A DNA stretch of 63,897 bases, filler included, from Ministeria vibrans ATCC 50519 (GCA_943704425.1; 11 parts of 11 records of this genome joined end to end with filler, not necessarily neighbours in it), one strand, 5' to 3'; shown: positions 31,577 to 50,412, numbered from the whole stretch's first letter. A program made the numbers and translations. The notes: a model not told the origin generated them from the sequence alone.

Positions 31577-34500
31577 ATGGAAGACACCAACGCCACCGCG
31601 TGGCTTTGCGAGGCGTTCGGTGCAAGTCGCGAACGCGTCGCGTCTCTCTTGAAACAATACTCTAACGACGCTGCACGCGTCACGGAAATGTAAGCGTCAG
31701 TGGCTGTGTGTATCGGGATGGCGATGGTGCTCCTGCTTGTTTGTGTGTAACCGTTTCATGTCTCAATATTAATTTTTGTTTTTTTTTTTAAAAAACAAAA
31801 AATCATTGTTTCCTTCATTCCAGTCTGTTGGCGACTCCCAAGGCTATGGTTCAACCGCAACCTTCTCGGAGCATTCTCTTGCCGCCCAACGATGTGGCAA
31901 GTGCCACGACGACTGCGAAGAAACGACCGTTGGCGCCACCAAGCGACGTTGTTGTGCTGAACGGAAATGGCGCGCTTTTGCGAACACTTGGCTCGGTCGT
32001 CGTGCAAGCGTACTCTACGCGCAGTGGCAAGGGCATTCTTCGACCAGAGGAGGAAGTGGTTCTTGAGTGCACAGTTATGCAGGAGAAAGGGAAGAAACGT
32101 GGTCGGTTTGGCTCAGGCTCGTCGCAATCTCAGGGTTCCGCCCCCCCACCGGCCATTGTACGCTTTTACCGCGCACGTGACCACCTCGAGGTTGGCCGTG
32201 TGCCCAACGATGTTACACGCTGGCTCTCCGTCTTGCTGGCGGACGGTCTTATTGCTGTGCGTGGCACTGTTGTCGATGCTCCTCAGGTTATGCAGACCAT
32301 GACCAACGTGCTTCTCAACCTCACCGTCTCACTCACGGCCACTGCATTTACTCCGCTCGCTCACTCTCGCACCACAGGCGTTTCGGCACCTGCCGCCATT
32401 GCCTCGTCGTCTTCGCTTTCCGTCTCGCCCACAAGTCAGGATGCTGATGCTCGCGATGCCATGCTCCAACTGCGTCGCGACGCCTTTGCCTCACTCTTTG
32501 GTCTCTGTTGTGTGCCCCAACGTCGTGGCACTAGCACTCAACAACCCCAAGATAATCACGACCAACATGCGTTTGCTGAGACACCAACCGCCACAGCTGA
32601 TCTGTTTCATCTGGAAAACTTGTATGGCGACGCCACCGACGACGACGACGCCCTCTTGCCCGAACGCACTCCTCGCGACGGAGCCATGATGGCCAAACTC
32701 ACCCCTTACCAAAAACAGGCTCTCTACTGGATGACCCATCGCGAAGAGCACGACAACGGCACCGCAACTATCACTGCCGAGGGGCATTCCAAAAGTGACA
32801 CCATTCACCCGCTTTGGGTCGAATATTCCGTTCAAGGTGGCACTTCCATGTTCTACTTTAGTCCCTTCAGCGGCGAGGTCACGCTGGAGTTTCCATCGGC
32901 AACACAGACAACGTGCGGTGGCATTTTGGCGGACGAAATGGGATTGGGCAAGACAGGTAGGAGGGAATTTTTTTAAAAGAAAACCAGGGATTAATTTAAT
33001 TGACTTGCGTTCGTTTTGTAGTTGAAATGCTCTCGCTTGTGATGGAGAATGCGGGGGAGGGAAGCAAGAACGAGAGTCGTGCGACACTTGTAGTGGCTCC
33101 GTTGACCCTTGTTTCGCAATGGCAAGACGAGGCGTTGCTCCACACCACTCTTGGTGACGATCGTGTCCTTCTGTACTACGGCCCGGAGCGATCAGCTGTG
33201 ACCCAGCGCGCACTCACAACGCAGTACGACATTGTTATCACCACCTATGGTACAGTCTCGTCTGAGTATGAGTCGCTCTCTTCCGATGCTTCCGGCTCTT
33301 CGACGTCCCTCTTTTCCGTTCCTTTTCGACGTCTCATTTTAGGTATATTTGCGAATGCACAATGAATAATTGCATAAGACATAATCGTTTTTTGTTATTC
33401 TTTCATTATTGTTAGACGAAGCACACACCATCAAGAACCCCCAGTCGACCGTGTCTAAGGCGTGCACTGCGCTACGTGCACGTCGTCGCTGGTGCGTGAC
33501 GGGTACACCAGTACAAAACCAACTGGGCGATCTCTTTTCGCTCTTTCGCTTTCTCCATGCGCAGCCTTGGTCGTCACGACCCTTTTGGCGTGCCAACATC
33601 GAGGTGCCCTTTGAGCGCAAGGAAGCACGCGCGCTCGATGTACTTCGATCGGTTCTGCAGCCCATGATGCTGAGGCGCACCAAAAACACTCGGGATCGTC
33701 ATGGCGCGCCAATCCTGCAACTGCCGCCCGTCGATGAGCAGATTATTGAAGTTCATTTGTCGGCTCCTGAGCGAGACTTTTACGACGCACTCTTTAAGGG
33801 TAGTCGCACACGTTTTAGCGATTTTGTTCGTCGTGGTACCGCACTCTCTAACTACGCCACGGTCCTTGAGTTGCTCCTTCGACTTCGTCAAGTACGTTTT
33901 TGTTTCCGTTGTTGTGCATCATTGTTTTCATTGTGTGTTTCCTTTTTTTTTTTTTGGCTTTTTTTTCTTTCAATGGTCTAGGCGTGTGACCATCCCTTTT
34001 TATTATCATCTGCATCACGCGACACGGCTGGCGTTGACCTTGAGGCCTTGATGAATCGGTTTTTGTCCGCTGAGAATGGCCAGTCGACAGAATTTGTTGA
34101 GTCGGTGCGTCGACAAATCTCAAGTTTCGAGGACGAGGCGCCGGTGAGTGCAGAAGCAAGCGTTGCTGTGAATGTGGATGATGAGGATTTGATGGTGGTG
34201 GGAAGAGACAGTGCTCAGACTGCCGGTTGTAGTAGCAGTGGTAATGGTGGTGATGATGCCACGGAGGACGCGGAGTGTCCGATCTGTTTGGACCGGCCCG
34301 AGAAGGCCGTTATTCTCCCGTGTTTGCACATTGGCTGTGGTGAGTGTCTCGTGCCTATTATCACGCGACTCGGTGCTTGTCCCGTGTGCCAGCGTGCGCT
34401 TACCGTCGACGACCTGGTGGACGTGGAGACTGTGCGATCGGCCGAGGTGCGCAAGCAGCAGCAGAAACAAGGCGGGAGTGTGGATGACGAGAGTGGCTGG

Positions 34501-35782
34501 CGACCCTCGACCAAACTGACGCTGCTCACGGAGGATCTTGTTCGCGTGCGCGACGACGATAACCAGGTTGCTGATGGAAGACGCACCACCAAGTCGGTGG
34601 TGTTCTCGCAGTTTACCAGCATGTTGAATCTGTGCGAGGTGGCACTGCGTCGTGAGAATATTGCTTTTGTACGCATTGACGGGTCGCACACGCAGGCGGT
34701 GCGCCGACGTGTAATTGAGACCTTTTCGCGTGACCCTACCGTACGGGTCTTTCTTCTGTCTCTCCGAGTTGGCGGCGTGGGTCTCAACCTTACTTCGGCT
34801 ACTCGGGTAAGATTAAAATAGTATAATACGTCTTATTAACGTTATGCTTTTCCATACTACATTTAGGTTTACCTTTTGGATCTGTGGTGGAACCCAGCCG
34901 TTGAGCTTCAGGCCATCAACCGAGTGCATCGTATTGGGCAGCAGCATCCCGTTGTTGTGCGACGCTTTGTAGTGGTCGACTCCATTGAAGTAAGAGATAG
35001 AGAGCGAGAGGGGAGAGGGAGAGAGAAACAAAGTGATGGACACAAACAGATAGGCAGAGAGAGGGAGAAAGAAACAAAGTGATAGAGAGAAGGGAGAAAG
35101 AAACAAAGTGATAAAGAGAAGGGAGAAAGAAACAAAGTGATAAAGAGAGAGGGAGAAAGAAACAAAGTGATAAAGAGAAGGGAGAAAGAAACAAAGTGAT
35201 AGAGAGAAGGGAGAAAGAAACAAAGTGATAAAGAGAGAGGGAGAAAGAAACAAAGTGATAGAGAGAAGGGAGAAAGAAACAAAGTGATAAAGAGAAGGGA
35301 GAAAGAAACAAAGTGATAGAGAGAAGGGAGAAAGAAACAAAGTGATAGAGAGAAGGGAGAAAGAAACAAAGTGATAAAGAGAAGGGAGAAAGAAACAAAG
35401 TGATAGAGAGAAGGGAGAAAGAAACAAAGTGATAAAGAGAAGGGAGAAAGAAACAAAGTGATAAAGAGAGAGGGAGAAAGAAACAAGATGATAGAGAGAG
35501 AAGGGAGAAAGAACCAAAGTGATAGAGAGAGAGGGAGAAAGAACCAAAGTGATAGAAAGAGAGAACAGAACCACCATGGTCTTATTAGTATTCTTGGTGA
35601 AGTGAGAGTGGTCGTCAAGAGATAATACTCATCATCTCATCGGGTGATTTTTGCAGGAGCGGCTATTGCGATTGCAGAAGAAGAAAGAGGCTCTTGCACG
35701 TCACGCGCTGACCAAGTCGACAGAGGGTGCCGATGAGAAGGGTCAGCGGTTGGAGGACCTCAGAATGTTGTTTGAATTGTAG
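31577..35782 (+). CDS. RAD5: RAD5/HLTF DNA repair helicase-E3 ligase (HIRAN, SNF2, RING, helicase C)
   Basis: HIRAN IVRF..EVGRVP; YQKQALYWM; [13 protein letters not shown]; LDEAHTIKN; TGTPVQN; CPICLD..PCLHIGC..CPVC; VVFSQFT; [21 protein letters not shown]. Confidence 0.93.
34990..35560. repeat. Intronic minisatellite, ~29-31 bp unit GGGAGAAAGAAACAAAGTGATA(A/G)AGAGAA
   Basis: Roughly 17 tandem units visible in the last RAD5 intron; the same core recurs in many other introns. Confidence 0.9.
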
Positions 35783-36034
35783 AATAGGAACGTGTAATAG
35801 TTGTCATCTTTGAAGAGTTTGTGAGTTGCAAAAGTGAAGAAATGAGAAAGTCCCTCCACTTTGATCGTCTATTAATATCATGAATGCGTCACGGAACGAC
35901 AGAACACATAGTGAGAACCCATCGACCATGATGGCGAAAGTAGAAGCGACTTCGAGAGAAGGAGAAAAAAAAAATCTCTTTAAACTAAAATTATGACTGT
36001 TTTCTTTTTTGCACATTTCTCTGAATGTCACTTG

Positions 36035-37783
36035 TCACTCTTCCGCTTGCGTTGTTTGAGTGAGTCCTTCAGCAACCGCAAAGCGCCAAAGGAAGCTCTG
36101 TGAGTTCTCTGGCATGTTTGTCGCAGCAAGAGCCTCGCGAGTCAGTCCTGAGCAAACCCCAATACAAAGACAGAATTGAGTTGTGTGTGTTATGAATAAT
36201 TGATAAGAAAACATATATTTGTGCAACCTACCTGATTCTCCGCCAAGTGCTTTGATTTTGCCACAAATTTGGTCAATTTTGGCAGTGAGAAGAGTGACAA
36301 AGGCCGAATTGCTTGAATCGTCCGCACTGGCCGCTAAAAACAACAACACCGTCAGGGGAGCATGAGAGAAAAAGAGAAAGAAATAATTGTACCTTCCATC
36401 AGAGTCTTTGCAAGTTCCTTTTGTACCTAAAAGCACACCAAAACAAACAAAAACAGACATGTTAGACTCCGTAACACACACACGCACCATAAATACACCT
36501 ACACATACACAATACAGAGAGAGACAGAGAGAAACAGAGGGGAGAAAGAAAAAAAAGTGATAGGAGAGAGAAACAAAGTGATATATAGAGAGAGAAATAA
36601 AGTAATAGAAACGAAATGAGAGAGAGAGAAACGAAGTGATAGAAACGATACGACAGAGAGAGAGAGACAAATGAAGTGATAAAAGGAGAAACGGAGTGAT
36701 AGAGAACAAAAAAACACACAAAGATAGAGATATTCAAATACCTTTCCCATGGCAAAGGTGGCCGTGGCGTGATCTGCGACCATGATGCTCCCGTCGACCA
36801 TGTTGGCCACAATGTCGTACAGGTCGTCGCGATCCTCGGCCCGCCCATCGACAAACCCCGCCACAACGTGTGTTTCGTCGCTAAGGTCTGCACACTCGGC
36901 TTCGTTAAGGTCGTGCAGTGCGTGGACCATGCTTGATGAGTTTGCGCGGTGGAACGCGAACAATGCAATCGCACTGCAAACACACACACACACACACACG
37001 CAATACACAATCGTTTAAGTACGCCATAAAAACCAGTCGTTTTGCGGGGAGTGGGAGTCGTGTTGGACTGTGTGTTATTACCTGGTAAACGCTAGCACCT
37101 TTTCCGTGTCGGGGCCAATGACAAAAATGCGTTGTTTAAGGAGCATGGCGGTCATGATGATGATGGATTCGACGCCAAACAGGTCAACCACAGCCTTGAG
37201 CGATCCTGACGTCGCCAGTCTCTTCGCTGCCGAGCTGTCCCCGTCGTATTCCGCTGCAAGGAACTTCTTGCCCCCTCCGCTGCATTTTCCCTTGACGAGC
37301 GCACCCAAAAAGGCTGGAAAGCAACGGAGCGAGCGTCACATTACAAAGGCAAGGCTGTTCGTTGTCGATTGTGTCGTACCTTTGAGAACTAACGTCGCAT
37401 CGCCTGTTGCAGCAAACTGGGCCGATAATAACGAGCAGAGATCCTTCCATTTGGCAGGGTAGAACGACCTGGTCAGGAGCACCACTGTGAAAGAGGTGAC
37501 CTGAGAAAGAGAGAAAAATTGAAAATAAAAAAATTCAATGAAGCTGGTCGTCTCTTTGGGGCTTGTGGAGGGATTCTCCGGGCGTACTTGGGGCAGACAG
37601 TCGGTCTCCTGGACGATGCGGTGGCACAGGTTGAAGTGGGTTCCGTCGAACTGGCCGCAGCGGAACGGGACAGTCTCTGCGGGAGCGGTTTTGCCCAGAA
37701 GGCCTATGATGTTGACGGGAGGAAAGTGGCGATTTAGAGCGGAAAAGACAATTCAGGGGACGACTGCGTCGTGGCAGACACCG

Positions 37784-37874
<91 letters not shown>

Positions 37875-38084
37875 NNNNNNNNTCAGGGGACGACTGCGTC
37901 GTGGCAGACACCGGAGAGAGAGAGAGAGAGAGAGAGGAGTACCTGTCTTAAGAAGGATGACCTGGCGCGTCGTTTCGTCGAGCGTCGGGTAGACAGAGGT
38001 GAATTCGACGACGTTGTCGGTGTCGCGCTCAATAATGGCCACGCCAATCAGGTCGGGGCGGCTGTCGCCCTCGCTCAGCGACAT
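36035..38084 (-). CDS. DENND10: DENND10/FAM45 DENN-domain protein
   Basis: IIERDTD..VYP; FTVVLLTRSFYPAKW; TAMLLKQRIFV; VAGFVD..RDDLYD; FAMGK|VQKELA; FLWRFAVAEGL. Confidence 0.85.
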
Positions 38085-38313
38085 TGTAGTGAATGTATAG
38101 GGTGGAGGGGAGGGTGAGAAGGGTCAAGAGTGAATAAAGACTGACAGTCTGACACAAACAAACGGACAAGTATTGTGAACTGTTGTAATGTTGTTTGAAA
38201 ATTAACGCAAGACGTATAATATGACTTGATTCTCTATTAATTATTTTTCTACTGCTTCAGATTACAAATATACATAAGTATTGTATTGGCGTGTCGTCTG
38301 AGTACATACTCAC

Positions 38314-44202
<5,889 letters not shown>

Positions 44203-44437
44203 GGGATGCTTGAAAGTTGAAAAATAATAATGCTATTCTTAATTCTACTCTACTTTCTAGATTTCTATCAATTCTTATCAAAACTGAAAAAAAAACTGGA
44301 AAAAAATTGGCTTCACTATAAAAAAACACACACACAAACTCTCTCTCTCAGATCGCCCTTTGCTCTCTCCCACTCTCATTTTCTCTCTCAATAGTCAATA
44401 CGTTGTACGTGAGGTTACGGGTTGGCGTTGTCCTTGT

Positions 44438-44590
44438 CTAAGCGCGGAATCGGGCGAGCACGCGACGGTCCTCGTCCGTAATGCAATAGTACGTCTCCAG
44501 GTCGTCGTCTTCGTCGTCGTCGGACGAGCTCATGCTGGTGTGGTCCATGCGCTCCGCCTCGTTCTTAACATCATAGCCATCACTGTCGGT

Positions 44591-44622
<32 letters not shown>

Positions 44623-45718
44623 TGCTGTCGTCGTCGTCGTCGCTGTTGTCGTCGTCGTCGTCGCTGCTGTCGCTGCTGTCGCTGCTGTCGCTGTTGTCGC
44701 TGTTGTTGTTCTGTCTGTAGGGGCAAGAGGCCGCAGTCGCAGCCAAGCGTTTGCCGCCCATTTTAGCGGGTTTGGGAACGGAGTCTGCGTTGAAGTTGAA
44801 TCTGTCGGTCATCTTCATGGGTTTGCCGCCAGCCATCGACGATCCCATGGTGACCGTAAACTCACCCGTTCGCTTCCTTTTCTTCTGCTTCTGCTCCTCG
44901 TCGGCCCGAGACATATTGGGGTTGGTTTGGGACGACTTCCACGCAATGCACAGGCTGCTCTCCTGATCGGACGTGTATGAGATCGACACGGACCCTGAAT
45001 TGCTGTGACCTTTTGCGGTAGAAGCAGCAGCAGCTCGGGTGGCTTTAATTTTGATCTCGCGTGGACCATCTCCGCCCGCAAGAGTTGAGCCGCGAGATGC
45101 AGATACCAACAGGTTGGTGCTAAACACGTCAGCAAGCGCTTTGAGCAACAAATTGACGATGCAGCGAGCTTTGTGGCCGACTGAGCCGACATGGTTCAGC
45201 TCAGCGGGGACGTACTCATCAATGAACGCCTTCGGGTCCGCAAAGACTTCAGCTGCCGCCCGCTTCATGTTGGTCTTATTCTTAGGCTTCATTTTGACCG
45301 TTTTCTCAAGTGACGTGACGTCGCGCATGTCGACCGTCGGCGACAGCGCCTCCTCCAAATTTCCTGACGGGGAAATCGTCGGTAGAATTTCCTCCGTCTT
45401 TCTCTGATAGTCAAGCAAGAATGCGATCGGAGCGACCCCCTTCTTGTTCATCACACCAATACAAGTGGCAAACGCGCGGAAGGCCACGCGACGGTCATGG
45501 GCGGAGTAGTTACTGTTGTTGATGGAGGAAAGATGGACAAGCGGAAGATGGACAGGCGGAGACGGATTGGCTTGCGTCTGGGCGGTGTTGAGGGCAGTGC
45601 GAACTGCATCAATGAGTACCTACAGTTACGGGAGAGAGAAAGAGAGAGAGAGAGACCGCGCGTGGTCAGGTCGTAGGGAATAGATCAATCAATTAGTTAG
45701 TACGTCGGGCGATGACAT
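44438..45718 (-). CDS. Unknown-family protein A (novel domain, basic patch, Asp/Ser-rich tail)
   Basis: Micro-exon MSSPD (45718-45704), phase-0 GT-AG intron, exon 45619-44438; alignable by eye to the two neighbouring ORFs. Confidence 0.75.
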
Positions 45719-46361
45719 TGCAATGATTCTCGATGGAAACGGGTCAACTCACGCAAGTGACAAGTGGTATTGGCTCTAGTGAGTCTAGTCAGTACTCGTC
45801 TACTCGATAGGGTAGACGGGCGTACGCACTAAAGAGAGAGAGAAAAAACTGATTATTTGGGAAATTTTCCAATAAATTTTTTTTATTCTCATTTTCTTGC
45901 ATTTGTGTAAATTTGCAAAGATCGAAAAAACCGCAACAGCACAAAATATATCAGCGCTACTCAAGTTTTGGCCAGACCTGGTGTAACCACTGTGTCACAT
46001 GATGCATTCCCTGCATTCCCTGAAGTCGCCAGTCCTCCTGAAGAAGAGATTGCTGATAATACTTTTCATTTTTTCGACAATAAACATTGAGTCGACAAAC
46101 TCAGACGCTGAACTCCAGAACCGCACGATCAGTCGGGCCATGGAGTGGTTGGGGTCTTGGCTGGGGACTGGGAGCAGAATGGAGGCGCTGCAGTGGCAGT
46201 TGAGTGAAGACTGATTTTCTTGCATTTTTCGGCAAGAGTTAATCGTCCCATTGAGATGATCGCACAGAATTGAATTCGCACTAAAATACAATTTTAATTG
46301 CTTCTCCTTCTTCCCCCGTTCCAAACCGGCTACTTCGTCGTTGTCCCCACACCTACTCCCC

Positions 46362-48691
46362 ATGTCTGGACCACCGTCACCGTCCTCTAGGGTAAAAATA
46401 TATTCGTCCAGTTTTTCTTTTTTTGTCTCATTCTCAACTCAACTGAACGCCTCGTTCGGCACCTCTGCCTCATGGCTAACTCATTGGCTGTGTTACTGTG
46501 TACTGTTTAGAAAGCCAGCGATAGCGGTAGCTCGCCAGTGACCGACTTGGATTTGGACGAAATATTTCTCTATTTTCCGCCGAGCGATTTGAACCTCAAC
46601 TTCTCGAGCGCGCAGCGGCAGGTCGCCTTTCACGCGTTCATGGGCGTGTGCAATACCCTCGCGACATCTCTTTCAAAATTTTTGGCGCGCCCTGAGCCGG
46701 AGAGACGCATAGAGATTGACAGATTTGCTCCGCGCGACAATCTCGGCAACGGCTACACAACCCACAGCGACATTGCACACGATATTGTCTTCCGCCTCTT
46801 CAATCACCTCGGCCGTGTCTTTCACGAACAACGGTTTACTCATGCGACGCGCATTACGACTCGATTTTGTGCCCGCGGCTCCACCGCAAAGACTCCGCAT
46901 GTACGATTTAGCGCGGCCCGTCGCGACGCACAAAACGTCATACACGAGGGACAATTGGTGTATTCTGTTGACATCAATCACGAGTTCAAGCTGCAATGGG
47001 AGGGCTCAAAGCCGCCGAAAGACAATGCGAAGAAAGAGAAGAGAACGGCGCCGGCGGATGAGACGGAGACGGAGAAGGGGACGGGGACTGAGCGCCGGGC
47101 CCGATCCAAGGCGAGGAAAGACGTGAAAAAGACAAAGACGACAGCTGCGTCAACGTCGAGCGCTATGGCGGGCAACGACATGTCCAGCCGTGCATTTGGT
47201 TTGTCTTTTGACAGCGCTGCGTTCGAAGTGCCGAGCTATGTCGACGAGATGGAGGTGCGCTGCACGACGGAGACGGTTGCCTATACTGCCGTACAGACTC
47301 TGGCGGGGCCGTCAATGGATGAGAGCGACGACAACGACAACGACGTCTCTTCAGTCACCGCCGCTGCTGCTGTGGGAACAAGCAACCCAGGCTACCAGAA
47401 TGATGATAACGACGACGGCCACAGGCTTATTCCGCAAGGCAAATTCCCACCCTCAATGGGCGCACGCTGCACTGTCGCCTCTGCCGCTGCGTTCTCAATG
47501 CCAGCGTCTGTTGAGGACAACGGTGATGATGACGATGACAACGACAATGAATTGGTTGCCATGGGCGCACGCTGCACTGTCGCCTCTGCCGCTGCGTTCT
47601 CAATGCAAGGGTTCGTTGATGATGATGATGATGATGATGACAACGATGACGACGAGTTTATCCCGCAAGGCCAATTGCCTCTCGCAATGGGCGCACCCCG
47701 CACTATCGCGTCTGCCGCTGCGTTTTCAATGCAAGGTTTTGCTGTTGATGATGATGATGATGACGACGACGACGACGACTGGGACGAAAAGCTGGTTGCA
47801 ATGAGTGCAGACGAGGTGGCTGCGAGTGTTTTGTTGGCCATGGACACGCTGGCGCTTGACGACGACAATGATGATGACGACGACGATGACGACGATGACG
47901 ACGACGACGACGACGACGACGACAGGCTTATTCCGCAAGGCAAATTACCACCCTCAATGGGCGCACGCTGCACTGTCGCCTCTGCCGCTGCGTTCTCAAT
48001 GCCAGTGCCTGTTGAGGACGACGGTGATGATGACGATGACGACGACGATGAATTTGTTGCCATGGGCGCACGCTGCACTGTCGCCTCTGCCGCTGCGTTC
48101 TCAATGCAAGGGTTCGTTGATGATGATGATGATGACAACGACGACGACGACGAGTTTATCCCGCAAGGCCAATTGCCTCCCGCAAAGGGCGCACGCCGCA
48201 CTATCGCGTCTGCCGCTGCGTTTTCAATGCAAGAGTTTGTTGTTGATGATGATGATGATGATGATGATGATGACGACGACGACAGGGACGAAAACGACGA
48301 CGACGACAGGGACGAAAAGCTGGTTGCAATGAGTGCAGACGAGGTGGCTGCGAGTGTTTTGTTGGCCATGGACACGCTGGCGCTTGACGACGACAATGAT
48401 GATGACGACGACGATGACGATAACGACGACGATGACGACGACGACGACGACGAGTCACCGGTAGAGCCATCTACCCCGAGCCGTGTGACGCACACAGAGA
48501 CAACTGCCATCGTCCCAGCGAGTAGATCAACCGCCGACGGCCACAACGACGTCGACGAATCGGGTGAGGAGGACGATGGCGACACCACAGAGACGGATGC
48601 GTCGGAAAATGCCGATGAAAAGGAGGCGTACGAGGCCATCTCAGAGGAAGACGCTCTCCTCATTTCAAAGTATTACGCCAAAGTTCCCTGA
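46362..48691 (+). CDS. Unknown-family protein B (novel domain, basic patch, duplicated poly-Asp repeats)
   Basis: Micro-exon MSGPPSPSSR (46362-46391), phase-0 intron to 46510, then a >720-codon open exon. Confidence 0.8.
47421..48450 (+). repeat. Internal ~500-bp tandem duplication in protein B
   Basis: ACAGGCTTATTCCGCAAGGC at 47421 and 47922; MGARCTVASAAAFSM-type subrepeat x6 separated by GAT/GAC runs. Confidence 0.9.
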
Positions 48692-49552
48692 AGCAAGTAA
48701 AAAATTCATCTCTCCCAAAAATGACAAAGACTAAGAAAACATGTAAATTTTGTATATCCTTCATCAAGAGGGTGCTTCACGCATTCTGTTTTGTACTAAA
48801 CTAGTAAAAGAGTTAGTATCGCTGGCGGAGTGGCTGTCACCGACCTCTCGTTTGTGGTCATTTTCTAAGTAAACAAACCACACTTTTTATCACTCTCTCG
48901 AAAATCTTACTTGTCGGCTGGTCAGACCTACGACGGCCACCAGTTCATCAATCACCATTGAGGAAGTACATGTCTTTAGTAATGATATTGATTATCATTA
49001 TGAGAGTCTTGCTTTGAATAACATCAGTCCCCTTCGCTATTATGCATAAAAATGGAGCGGAGAAAGTTTGGAGAATCCCCTAACATGCAGACCTCTCTCC
49101 TTTCACTTACAGCTTCGAGGCCTTACCTCAATGCAAAAATATTACTTATTAGTACTCTAAATTTCTTTCAAATCAATCTTTGCATATGGATGCAGCCAGG
49201 GGGTATAAATAGTCGTCAAAGACATCAAAAGGCAATTAATTTTCAATTTCAGAACTAGAACTTTTTCCAACATCATTTTTATACCCTTTTTGAGACTTGA
49301 GAGTCGAGGTCAGTCTGTAGGACTTATAAGCAACCAAAATCCATTTATCTTGTGCTTACAATTAGAGAGCTAGGTCGGGTCGCATTCAAATTACCCACTT
49401 TACATTTTTGGACGAAGTAAATTTAATGTGTTTTCGTCCACATGCGATAGCTGCACGTGCACTCAAGCCTTTTTCGTCCTCAAAGTCTAGTCTTTTTATT
49501 CGCTTTGTTCATCAACTATCAAACAAGCAAAATCGCTTATGTTTATAGCATC

Positions 49553-50258
49553 ATGAGTCAAACAGTAAGGCATTATTATTACACTCAATATGATTTTTTT
49601 CTTTTTTTTCTCCACACACCGCCAAGAATTTCATGCAATTGGTGTGTTACCGTTGTACCTTCTCTTGCCAACCCTTTTCCGTCAAACATAGACTGATGTC
49701 AGCGATGTGATACCGACCAGCCAGAATCTCGGGTGGATGCTGAAGCACGAGAACAACATCCAGCATTTCAACGCACAACAGCGAAAACGCGGATTTCTGA
49801 TCTTTATGAATTTATGCAATACTATCAGCATGTCTATTGTCAAATTCCAGGCTCTCACCGACGATCAGAAGCACCAATACATTGACGAGTACGCACCGAG
49901 AAACACAATTCAAGGCGTGACGACCGACAGCGACATCATTCACGAGTTGGTATACTGTTTGTTCAACGTGTTGGGTGCGGTGTTTGCCAGCGGTTTGTAC
50001 ACCAGCGGCACGAGAATATCAACACGATTCAGTACATGCGGCAGTGGCGGCACCAACGTTGCAGCAACCCCTCCACTCATCAAAATAAGCGCGACACGCA
50101 AGACGCCTCGGCACCACGGCCACTTTGTAATGACGCTCGAGACGGAGGGTCACTTTAGCTTTTTCTGGTGTCCTGCGCGCACGAAAGACCACAATGGCGA
50201 CGAAAGGCCATCAAAGCGACTCAAAAGAGTACGCAAAAGAAAAAGAATGAAGAATTGA
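49553..50258 (+). CDS. Unknown-family protein C (novel domain only, C-terminal NLS-like patch)
   Basis: Micro-exon MSQT (49553-49564), phase-0 intron GTAAGG..ATAG to 49691, single large exon; clear similarity to the protein B N-domain. Confidence 0.78.
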
Positions 50259-50316
50259 AGATCAGATGTTGTTTTTTGTAGGTTACGGAAAACAGTTGCA
50301 AAGAAACATAAAAGTC

Positions 50317-50412
<96 letters not shown>

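Noticed and set aside
34813-35618. Long Leu/Ser/Phe-rich ORFs (also 8956-9723, 39216-40104)
   Set aside because: Translations of intronic microsatellite or minisatellite sequence, not genes.
37753-37935. Direct repeats flanking (GA)n (also 39511-39790)
   Set aside because: Each pair brackets an 8-N gap, so they are duplicated contig ends from assembly.
47392-48663. 423-aa antisense poly-Ser ORF (also 44360-44980, 59210-59635)
   Set aside because: Shadow of poly-Asp/Glu codons on the coding strand.
48915-48945. GGCTGGTC Y-RNA-like 5' ends (also minus strand at 53684-53691)
   Set aside because: No complementary TTGAC(T/C)AGCC 3' strand, bulged-C helix or oligo-T terminator.
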